DNA of 31,927 bases from a virus, in the IMG/VR virus record IMGVR_UViG_3300016484_000064, positions 1-31,927 of that record; one strand, 5' to 3'. The position numbers and the translations under genes were made by a program. Below the pieces are notes generated by a model. It did not search any database, was not told the DNA's origin, and saw nothing but the letters and a program-made list of their open reading frames with translations. Below, piece after piece: positions 16,555 through 23,129 of this stretch; position 1 is the stretch's first letter, and the number at the start of each line of letters is the position of its first letter.

Positions 16555-17692
16555 AGTTTGATTTTAATCCGAGTGCTTCCATCTCGTGGTATCTAAGCGC
16601 GTCAATAGCGTGATTGTAGTGGTCGATAGGTTTGTTCATCCTGACACCTTGCTTGTCTACATCCCAACAATAACTCCTAAGCTCTTTGATGAGGTTTGTA
16701 CTTGATTTGGTAACTAAGTATTCTTGTCTTTGCATTACGTCAATGCCGTAGTTGATTGAGTCATTTCCTTTCGTTACTCCTTTAATCGTCTTTCCGTAGC
16801 GTCTGATTTCTTCAATTGATTTAGGCTCAGAACTATCAGCGTAAATAACAACGCCTGACGGAAGTATCTTAGCGATGTCTGAGTTAACCATTCCTGTGCG
16901 GTAAACAATTTCGTTTACTATGCGTTTTCCGTTCCAATTGTAGATTCCTATCGCTGCCGTAGGGTCATTCGTGTATCCAAAGTCAAGTCCGATGCCTACC
17001 AACTTAGCTTCGTCAGGTATCGTGTCAATCTCTTTCCAATTATTGAACACAACTCCTTCAAGACTACCCACCTCACCGAGTCCGTACACTCTCCACCAAT
17101 TTGCCCAATAAGAACTCGTAGCTGCTTTCTCTCGGTTCTTTTCTATCTGACTAACGATTGATTCGTCTAATGCTTCGTTATCCTTGTAGGTTAAGATGAT
17201 AAAATCCGTGTCAGGTTCGTCTTTTAGTTCCTTATGTACCCAAAACTCATTCGCAGGATTGAAGTCTAAATAGACCTCACGCTTGGTACGGATGGCTAAT
17301 TCGTTGTAAGCCTCGAATGTTACGTTGTTGCACTCGTTGATGTACAGGATATCACGTCTCGCACCTCGTAGTTTAGAAGCATCGTCTGCTGAGAAGAACT
17401 CGATTGAACTGCCATTAGCGAAATCGTACCTGAGTAGCGTCTTATTAAACCTATCATCAAAGTAGCGGTTAGTCCAACGCATTATCTTCAGGAAGTCTTT
17501 GAGCGCACCTCTTCGCAAGTGAGGTATCGTCTCAGCCACTACGGAGACTTCTAAGCCATTTTCTTTAGCGCACTTGTCTATAAGTATCGGAAGGATGCCA
17601 AAAGTCTTTCCTGCGGAAGTTCCGCCTTGAATTATTTTAATCCGTCTTTTTAGAGATAGGATTTTATTTATCGAGGTAGTTCGTTTGAACAT
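16532..17692 (-). CDS. terL: Terminase large subunit (PBSX/XtmB-like)
   Basis: 386-aa ORF with a Walker A motif in IIQGGTSAGKTFGILP and an acidic nuclease-type C-terminal half. It follows the TerS-like gene. Confidence 0.85.
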   Translation of the reverse strand: MFKRTTSINKILSLKRRIKIIQGGTSAGKTFGILPILIDKCAKENGLEVSVVAETIPHLRRGALKDFLKIMRWTNRYFDDRFNKTLLRYDFANGSSIEFFSADDASKLRGARRDILYINECNNVTFEAYNELAIRTKREVYLDFNPANEFWVHKELKDEPDTDFIILTYKDNEALDESIVSQIEKNREKAATSSYWANWWRVYGLGEVGSLEGVVFNNWKEIDTIPDEAKLVGIGLDFGYTNDPTAAIGIYNWNGKRIVNEIVYRTGMVNSDIAKILPSGVVIYADSSEPKSIEEIRRYGKTIKGVTKGNDSINYGIDVMQRQEYLVTKSSTNLIKELRSYCWDVDKQGVRMNKPIDHYNHAIDALRYHEMEALGLKSNYGQYAIR

Positions 17693-18122
17693 CTGCGTCT
17701 ATTGCTTTGGTTTCGTCAGGGAACAATGGCATCTCCATTGTGACAGTCGTTTCAGTCTTCTCAGTTAGTCCGTTTAAACGTGCGGTTAAGTTCGCATTGT
17801 ACTGACCTACTAAGCCTCCGTTGATTTGGTCTGAGCGGATTTCTCGCTTTATATACGTTGTGATAGGTAAAAATTCTGCGTAAGCATTGTCAATGTTCTT
17901 AAAATACTGCTCGATGAAAAAGCCTTTCTTTTGATAAATGTAGACCTCAAAGCCTTCGAGAGACAAAGGAACTTCGAGAGGTTCCGCTACCATATCTCCT
18001 GTACGTTGGTTGAGTGTGTACTTGTAACGTGGATTGTCCTTTACGTATGTTTTGTACTCTTTGAATAGGTTGTACATATCTTCAGGAGTTTCAACGTTTC
18101 TTGGTCTTCCTACTTTTGCCAT
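17664..18122 (-). CDS. terS: Terminase small subunit
   Basis: 152-aa ORF with N-terminus MAKVGRPRNVETPEDMYNLFKEY, typical of a TerS HTH. It lies immediately upstream of and overlapping TerL. Confidence 0.65.
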   Translation of the reverse strand: MAKVGRPRNVETPEDMYNLFKEYKTYVKDNPRYKYTLNQRTGDMVAEPLEVPLSLEGFEVYIYQKKGFFIEQYFKNIDNAYAEFLPITTYIKREIRSDQINGGLVGQYNANLTARLNGLTEKTETTVTMEMPLFPDETKAIDADVQTNYLDK

Positions 18123-18134
18123 TGGTGTCCGTGT

Positions 18135-18569
18135 TTATGTAAATAATACTCCAACTTCGCCTAACTCTTTTACTACATCAGCGTTGTTATCGTAATGCTT
18201 TGTGATTCCGAGTTCTTTTACCTTTTCGACTTTTGCTTTGTTGCTACCTGTAGCGTAAACTCTTGATTCAGCAATACCTGCTTTAGTTGCTCTTGGTAAC
18301 ATTCCGTCTTTCTCTTGTCTTGCTGAAATGATGTACACGGTAGCTCCGTCTTCTACTAAGCGCATTGCTCTATCAAATCCCTTTTGAGTTGAGAACGTAT
18401 CGTCGTAGTCAAAAGATATCTTCTCGCCTGCTAAGTGTTCTTTGTACGCTGAACGACAAACTGCTGCACGTTGTTCAGTTTCATACTCACTTACCATCTT
18501 TGCATCTGACATACATCTCTGCATAAAGTCATTCTCTGACTCTCTGCTACTTGGTTTCGGTATAGGCAT
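18135..18569 (-). CDS. HAD-like phosphatase-fold protein with a short Cys-containing N-terminal motif
   Basis: 144-aa ORF. FDYDDT resembles HAD motif I (DxDxT). YIISAR...GSNKAKVEKVKE...DNNADV is consistent with later HAD motifs. Confidence 0.35.
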   Translation of the reverse strand: MPIPKPSSRESENDFMQRCMSDAKMVSEYETEQRAAVCRSAYKEHLAGEKISFDYDDTFSTQKGFDRAMRLVEDGATVYIISARQEKDGMLPRATKAGIAESRVYATGSNKAKVEKVKELGITKHYDNNADVVKELGEVGVLFT

Positions 18570-18912
18570 CGTAAACTTTTCTTAGGTTAAATACTATTTC
18601 TCTAAAGCAAGAAGCGCAAGAGGATGGCTCTAAACGTACTTTCATTACTCTTGAATAGATTTCTCTTACTCTTGTTACTTCACTTGGTTTGAATGTGTCC
18701 TTTTCAAGGATTCGTGTTTCCGTAAGCCAGTTGTATTCCTCTTCAGTTAAGCACTCAGGTTGACGATAAGGAAACCACTCGTTGAGTTTCTTCTTGCGCT
18801 CATCGCATCCGCAGTCTTCTCCTGCTACAAACTTTACTAATTTCTTGATTCCTGTTGCTTCGGTAATTTGCTCGATAGTATCTCCGAGTCCTTTTGCTTT
18901 TCTCTTTGCCAT
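18547..18912 (-). CDS. Hypothetical four-Cys protein (possible zinc binder)
   Basis: 121-aa ORF directly downstream of the sigma gene. It contains GLGDTIEQITEATGIKK...EDCGCDERKKKLN and a later SSCASC. Confidence 0.5.
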   Translation of the reverse strand: MAKRKAKGLGDTIEQITEATGIKKLVKFVAGEDCGCDERKKKLNEWFPYRQPECLTEEEYNWLTETRILEKDTFKPSEVTRVREIYSRVMKVRLEPSSCASCFREIVFNLRKVYDAYTETK

Positions 18913-18916
18913 AATA

Positions 18917-19444
18917 TTAAATTAAATCATAATCTTGGTTTGTAAAATCAGAATAGTCTTCTCCGACTTCTTCTTTCAATCTTTCTTTGCAGTTCTTTAG
19001 CGTGTTAAATATAGATGTGAGTGAGATGCCTGAATCTTTAGCTATGTCTCTCATTGATGCTTTGCCTTCCTTGTAGACTTTGAATAGCATTGAATCGTAC
19101 CAATGCCAATTATCCATCTCATCGTTTATTCTTTGGTGTAATCGCTCTAAGGCTTCGTGTTTATCTAATTCTGACTCTTCGTCTGCTACTCCTCTTACTT
19201 CGTCTAATGATAAAAACTGAACACTACCCGTTTTGTTTATTTCAAATGCTCTATTTCTCAGCATCATCCACATTAAAGCGATGTTTGGTTTTCCGTCTTT
19301 GAGTATCTTCTCCTCGTAGTTGTACTTGACAATTCTCAGGTAAACATCTTGCACAACATCTTCTGCGAGGTCTTGCTCTCCAAATGAACGGACAATCTTT
19401 ACCCATTCTTTGTGGTGGTCTGCTAATATTCTGAGTGCATCCAT
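18917..19444 (-). CDS. Phage-encoded ECF-type (group 4) sigma-70 family factor
   Basis: 175-aa ORF. It has a region-2-like segment (AEDVVQDVYLRIVKY) and a region-4.2-like HTH (SMRDIAKDSGISLTSIFNTLKNCKERLKEEV). It is the first gene after a terminator plus promoter pair. Confidence 0.65.
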   Translation of the reverse strand: MDALRILADHHKEWVKIVRSFGEQDLAEDVVQDVYLRIVKYNYEEKILKDGKPNIALMWMMLRNRAFEINKTGSVQFLSLDEVRGVADEESELDKHEALERLHQRINDEMDNWHWYDSMLFKVYKEGKASMRDIAKDSGISLTSIFNTLKNCKERLKEEVGEDYSDFTNQDYDLI

Positions 19445-19460
19445 TTGATTAAATTCTAAA

Positions 19461-19468
19461 CAAATATA
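19461..19468 (-). promoter_or_regulatory. Bacteroidota-type -7 promoter box TATATTTG
   Basis: The plus strand reads CAAATATA. It lies 17 nt upstream of the sigma ATG, just downstream of the 19500..19525 terminator. A CTTG sits 20 nt further upstream. Confidence 0.5.
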
Positions 19469-19499
19469 AGACTATATTTTAAACAAGCAAGTTGCCTAC

Positions 19500-19525
19500 A
19501 AAAAAAGCCACCTGTTAAAGTGGCT
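19500..19525 (-). terminator. Rho-independent terminator ending the early operon
   Basis: The minus-strand RNA reads AGCCAC-UUUAACAG-GUGGCU followed by U7. The stop codon of the HTH gene lies in the loop. Confidence 0.7.
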
Positions 19526-19736
19526 CTAAATTGTTTAAGTAAATCTCTCGTGAAACGTAATTATCTATCTTGTGTAAGGTTGATAAGGTTACGTCTTTTC
19601 GCTGAAGGAAGTTGTTTAACTGAAATTGGTGCATCTTTTGTCCTTTGGCTTTTATCTCTTGGACTATTTGGTTTCGTGTTTTTACAAGCAATATCCTATT
19701 CAGTTGCTTTCGGAGTGCGTCATCGTCAATGTACAT
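19515..19736 (-). CDS. Small HTH (Cro/C1-like) DNA-binding protein
   Basis: I prefer the ATG at 19736 (MYIDDDALRKQL...), 1 nt after the upstream stop. Alternative ATGs are at 19754 and 19799. The HTH-like segment is RNQIVQEIKAKGQKMHQFQLNNFLQRKDVTLSTLHKI. Confidence 0.45.
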   Translation of the reverse strand: MYIDDDALRKQLNRILLVKTRNQIVQEIKAKGQKMHQFQLNNFLQRKDVTLSTLHKIDNYVSREIYLNNLEPL

Positions 19737-19737
19737 A

Positions 19738-19971
19738 TCAGAATGGTAGGTCATCGTCAATACTATCTCCAATTGGTTTGCGCTCTTCCTGTGGAACATA
19801 CGGCTCGCTGAATGATGCGCTAAAGAAACTTCCGTTCTTACCTTGCTTTACCCATAGAGCGACTTCCATTTCTTTTCCATTTACGTTTACCTTTCCTTTG
19901 TAGTCAGGATGGTTGTCAGCTTTCTTGTTCGTGTTTTTGAAGATTGCTCCCGTGTTTGTTTTGTTTTCCAT
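19738..19971 (-). CDS. Mini single-stranded-DNA-binding-like protein (DUF736-like core plus SSB-type acidic tip)
   Basis: 77-aa ORF. HPDYKGKVNVNGKEMEVALWVKQGKNGSFFSASFSEP resembles the DUF736 core. The C-terminus is DSIDDDLPF, compared with the E. coli SSB tail DDDIPF. Confidence 0.5.
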   Translation of the reverse strand: MENKTNTGAIFKNTNKKADNHPDYKGKVNVNGKEMEVALWVKQGKNGSFFSASFSEPYVPQEERKPIGDSIDDDLPF

Positions 19972-19978
19972 TGTATAT

Positions 19979-20101
19979 TTATTTTAAGTTTACTAATTGT
20001 ACTATTGCATAGATTGTTATGTAAATGCAAATCAATCCTATCAGCGCAATGGTTGCGACTGCTGCACAGTATTCGTTGCGTTCGTTTTGTTTGTGGCTCA
20101 T
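19979..20101 (-). CDS. Small single-pass membrane peptide, 40 aa (MSHKQNERNEYCAAVATIALIGLICIYITIYAIVQLVNLK)
   Basis: Its ATG overlaps the upstream TGA (ATGA at 20098..20101). It has a hydrophobic core of about 22 aa. Below the ORF-track cutoff. The plus-strand track ORFs here look spurious. Confidence 0.55.
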   Translation of the reverse strand: MSHKQNERNEYCAAVATIALIGLICIYITIYAIVQLVNLK

Positions 20102-20196
20102 AGTTTGTTTCTTTTATTAGTCATACAAATATTTAATACTGATATTACTATTGCTACTATTGATAAGCAAACTGCTATTATTTCTTCTTGGCTCAT
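20098..20196 (-). CDS. Small single-pass membrane peptide, 32 aa (MSQEEIIAVCLSIVAIVISVLNICMTNKRNKL)
   Basis: Has ATGA overlaps at both ends (20193..20196 and 20098..20101). A hydrophobic core is followed by a basic tail. Confidence 0.55.
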   Translation of the reverse strand: MSQEEIIAVCLSIVAIVISVLNICMTNKRNKL

Positions 20197-20354
20197 ATTT
20201 CTTTAGATTCAGAGATTTGTAATTCGCCTTCGAATGAGTACCCTACCAACTTGATTAATTTATCCAAGTGATAAAGTAAATCCTCAAGAGTTACGTCTTC
20301 GTGTTTAAACTCATAAGTTGCCCTATGTCCGTAGTGTATTATTTCTATCTTCAT
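20193..20354 (-). CDS. Small hypothetical protein, 53 aa (MKIEIIHYGHRATYEFKHEDVTLEDLLYHLDKLIKLVGYSFEGELQISESKEI)
   Basis: The ATG at 20354 is preceded by the same 18-nt junction sequence as the upstream gene. Its stop overlaps the next ATG. Confidence 0.6.
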   Translation of the reverse strand: MKIEIIHYGHRATYEFKHEDVTLEDLLYHLDKLIKLVGYSFEGELQISESKEI

Positions 20355-20368
20355 CTTATTCTGATTTA
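20351..20368 (-). repeat. 18-bp intercistronic repeat, copy 1 (minus strand TAAATCAGAATAAGATGA)
   Basis: Identical to 20563..20580. It spans the stop codon, a 10-nt spacer and the start codon. Confidence 0.9.
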
Positions 20369-20566
20369 AAGGTTAATTTTTTTTATATAACTTGTGCCAA
20401 TACTTTCTTCAGTACCATCTAACATATAGTAATAAACTACACCATAATCATTATCAACTTTATGAGTTGTAAATACTATAGGATGTCCTTCATACGACTT
20501 TTTAAATTGACAAACATCTCCAACTTTATAGTTTGTTGATATTTCACTTGTTTCTACTGCTGTCAT
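20366..20566 (-). CDS. Hypothetical protein
   Basis: 66-aa ORF with an ATG start, flanked by the two copies of the 18-bp junction repeat. Confidence 0.6.
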   Translation of the reverse strand: MTAVETSEISTNYKVGDVCQFKKSYEGHPIVFTTHKVDNDYGVVYYYMLDGTEESIGTSYIKKINL

Positions 20567-20580
20567 CTTATTCTGATTTA
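20563..20580 (-). repeat. 18-bp intercistronic repeat, copy 2
   Basis: Identical to 20351..20368. Confidence 0.9.
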
Positions 20581-20919
20581 TTTAGTTCGTGTTTGCATGA
20601 ATTTTTCCAAATTTTGCATACTGTTATTTAGTTCGTCTTCGCAATTTGTACCACTTTTTGGTATATTTTGCTTTGCTTTACTTGCTTCTCGGTAGCCATC
20701 GCTGAATCCTTTGGCGTAATGAAGCTCAATCTCTTTCTTAATTCTCGTTAAATAAAGCGTTGCATCCATCAGTTCCTCGAGCAAGTGGTTTATCCATTTT
20801 TCAAGCGTTAGGTCTTCTCGGTCTAATGTTGTTCCGTATTTTCGTAAGCCAGTAGCAGAGCGTTCTGCATACTTCGCCATAACGGATAAAACTACTTTGT
20901 CAGTTACTTCTTGGTTCAT
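20578..20919 (-). CDS. MazG-like all-alpha NTP pyrophosphohydrolase-domain protein
   Basis: 113-aa ORF. RKYGTTLDREDLTLEKWINHLLEELMDATLYL resembles the YG...W..H..EE..Da..Y core of MazG / dNTP-diphosphohydrolase-like phage proteins. Confidence 0.4.
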   Translation of the reverse strand: MNQEVTDKVVLSVMAKYAERSATGLRKYGTTLDREDLTLEKWINHLLEELMDATLYLTRIKKEIELHYAKGFSDGYREASKAKQNIPKSGTNCEDELNNSMQNLEKFMQTRTK

Positions 20920-21605
20920 AGCATTTGAATTAGTGCGTTGTAATACTCTCGAGCAAGTTCAATCTTTTCTTTTATCTGCTCAATTACTTGTTCGTCTTTT
21001 TGTACATAGAATACTTTGACTCTGCGGTTCTTAGGAATGTGTGAAAATTGATGTTTACTTTCTACTTCTTCACGCAAATCTAAGTCCTCGTCAAGTTTGT
21101 GCAGTTTCCAATGCGCTCTGCGGATTTCATCCTCTACCATTTCAATAGGAGTATCTACAAGGCAGTAGCAAAGCATAGACTGTTGCTTGCCAGTAAGCCA
21201 CATATAACCCTGAAGTTGATAAAAATAGTCTTTGTTGGGAATCTCAGTATCAAAAAACGGAAAGGTAGTAGCATCCCAAGAGCTTTTAACATCTAACAAT
21301 ACATCCTCCGTGTTTACGTCAGGTGTTCCTGTTATCCAATCGTTCTCAAAATACTCCTCATTCTTGTAGATAAATTTGACATCTAAGACATCATTTACCA
21401 ACGAGATGGATTCGTCTTCAACTTGGATTCCTTTGTCCGTGTAACGGCTTGAAAACTCCTTACGTATGCCGTATTTATGTTCAAGAACTAACTCGTGAAT
21501 GTATGTTTTGGCAGTCTGAGACAAGAACTCGCCTTTAGAGCGAGGATTCGACATAATACGACCTATTGCCGAGCATCTTATTTTTAATTTAGATTCCATA
21601 TTCAT
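20916..21605 (-). CDS. YqaJ / lambda-exonuclease-like recombination exonuclease
   Basis: 229-aa ORF with PD-(D/E)XK-type residues (ITGTPD...LLDVKSS). It is the usual partner of an Erf/RecT annealing protein. Its stop overlaps the next gene's ATG (ATGA). Confidence 0.65.
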   Translation of the reverse strand: MNMESKLKIRCSAIGRIMSNPRSKGEFLSQTAKTYIHELVLEHKYGIRKEFSSRYTDKGIQVEDESISLVNDVLDVKFIYKNEEYFENDWITGTPDVNTEDVLLDVKSSWDATTFPFFDTEIPNKDYFYQLQGYMWLTGKQQSMLCYCLVDTPIEMVEDEIRRAHWKLHKLDEDLDLREEVESKHQFSHIPKNRRVKVFYVQKDEQVIEQIKEKIELAREYYNALIQML

Positions 21606-22071
21606 ATTGTTTTGATGCGTTTAAATATGCTGATTTAGCTTCATTTATATCCTTAAAATAACCTAAGTGCTTTTTAATAAAAATTACTCTAAATCTATTT
21701 CCCACTTTGTAAATTCCTGTTTGACCTGTATTACTTGTTTTAGCTCTTGAAATGTTTTCTTTAGGAGTAATTATTCTTAAATTTTCAAGTCTATTATCAG
21801 ACCTTACATTGTTTAAATGGTCTACACATATAGTACCCTTACTCACGTTATACCCAAGAAAAGACTCGGCAACTAAAATGTGAACATATTTATATGAACG
21901 ACTCTTATTGCTAAGAGTTACTTTCAAGTATCCAATTCCATTATTACGTGGACTAAGTATTTTTTCATTATTCACAGTTCCATTTCTTGGCAATGATTTT
22001 ACATTACCTAAGTTAGATACTTGATACAATCCCTCGTATCCAACAACATCTTTCCAAATTTCTGTTTGCAT
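21589..22071 (-). CDS. Free-standing HNH homing endonuclease (NUMOD4 + HNH_3 + AP2-like domain)
   Basis: 160-aa ORF. EIWKDVVGYEGLYQVSNLGNVKS is a NUMOD4-like motif. VDHLNNVRSDNRLENLRIITPKEN is an HNH core. GIYKVGNRFRVIFIKKHLGYFKDINEAKSAY is AP2-like. The segment is visibly more AT-rich than its neighbours. Confidence 0.8.
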   Translation of the reverse strand: MQTEIWKDVVGYEGLYQVSNLGNVKSLPRNGTVNNEKILSPRNNGIGYLKVTLSNKSRSYKYVHILVAESFLGYNVSKGTICVDHLNNVRSDNRLENLRIITPKENISRAKTSNTGQTGIYKVGNRFRVIFIKKHLGYFKDINEAKSAYLNASKQYEYGI

Positions 22072-22166
22072 ATTTTTGCGTTTAAATAAAATGCGTTTAA
22101 AAAAGAATGAGGAAAACGTAAACGCTTCGTCTTGTCAGTTGGTAGCTACTCCAACCTATCCTCACA

Positions 22167-22174
22167 CAAATATA
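22167..22174 (-). promoter_or_regulatory. -7 promoter box TATATTTG upstream of the HNH gene
   Basis: The plus strand reads CAAATATA, in the 145-nt gap between the Erf and HNH genes. Confidence 0.4.
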
Positions 22175-22216
22175 CTAATTATTTTCCGATGGCACTACAC
22201 CTAATTTTGAGAGTTT

Positions 22217-22744
22217 TCATAAAGCGTTTAAGATGTCGATTTGACCATCAGTCAATGCAAACGATGCTTCGAGTTTTTCACGAGTGTATTCGCCTTTGTG
22301 GATAGCCGTAATTGCTGCTTGAAAACGCTTTTGGTCAATGGCAGGTAATTTCTTCTCGGTTTTAACTTGCTCTCCTGATGCGTCCGTGTCTTTGTCGGTT
22401 ACCAAACCAAGCGCTGCTGATAATGCGTAACGTCTAAAATAAGTTACTCCGCTACCAAAAGACTGAAAGTCATTCATACCTTTCAACTGAACGTAAGGAA
22501 TAGCTACTGCACTTGTCATATTCTCGCCAGTCTCAACGTGAAATATCATTGTTTCTAAACGAGTCTCTCCATCCTTTGTAAAGATGTTTTGAGTGAATCC
22601 GAGTCCGTGTTTTTTTAGCAACGGATTGATTACCTCAAATATCTTAGGCAAGTCAGCGTAAGAATAGCCGTAGCCTTGTGTTGCCTTGTGGATTACAGGC
22701 ACTTCTTGTTGGAATGCAGCCAACGATTTTAATAGATTCTTCAT
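22217..22744 (-). CDS. erf: Erf-family single-strand annealing protein
   Basis: YGYSYADLPKIFEVINPLLKKHGL...FHVETGE...FGSGVTYFRRYALSAALGL..DKDTD matches the ERF family pattern. The track start at 22825 is a TTG. The first ATG, at 22744, gives MKNLLKSLAAFQQE... Confidence 0.75.
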   Translation of the reverse strand: MKNLLKSLAAFQQEVPVIHKATQGYGYSYADLPKIFEVINPLLKKHGLGFTQNIFTKDGETRLETMIFHVETGENMTSAVAIPYVQLKGMNDFQSFGSGVTYFRRYALSAALGLVTDKDTDASGEQVKTEKKLPAIDQKRFQAAITAIHKGEYTREKLEASFALTDGQIDILNAL

Positions 22745-22794
22745 AGCGTTTTTTATTATTGCGTGCGTTACGGATGCGCACCCCCCGTTTTTAT

Positions 22795-23046
22795 TTATCT
22801 GCTTAACATTGAAACTCCATCCCAAATTTTATTATTTACAGCAATCAGAACATTTTTACCATCTGTATATTTAATTACGTTTGATGTTTTCTCCATTTTA
22901 TAGATAGAGTTTTGTATTTCTATAATTGAATAAGGTTGCTCGTTAAAATAACGTTTACCAAATTCTTGAGTGTTTTTAAGCATTTCAAGCATTTCAGTTG
23001 TTACTTCTACTTGGTTTTTTACTTGGATGTCTTTAAGTGTTTTCAT
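22795..23046 (-). CDS. Hypothetical protein
   Basis: 83-aa ORF with an ATG start, preceded by a promoter-like box. Confidence 0.6.
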   Translation of the reverse strand: MKTLKDIQVKNQVEVTTEMLEMLKNTQEFGKRYFNEQPYSIIEIQNSIYKMEKTSNVIKYTDGKNVLIAVNNKIWDGVSMLSR

Positions 23047-23081
23047 AGCGTTTTTTTAAGTGTTGTGTCATATTGACCTCA

Positions 23082-23089
23082 CAAAGATA
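23082..23089 (-). promoter_or_regulatory. -7 promoter box TATCTTTG
   Basis: The plus strand reads CAAAGATA, in an 83-nt gap, 36 nt upstream of the ATG at 23046. Confidence 0.45.
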
Positions 23090-23129
23090 GATTATATTCT
23101 GATATAAACAATACCCAAACAAAAAAAAG

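Noticed and set aside
22757-22777. Hairpin GTGCG...CGCAC in the gap before the Erf gene
   Set aside because: The stem is only 5 bp. On the coding strand it is not followed by a U-tract, so it is not a convincing terminator. No plus-strand gene could use the T-rich run on the other strand.
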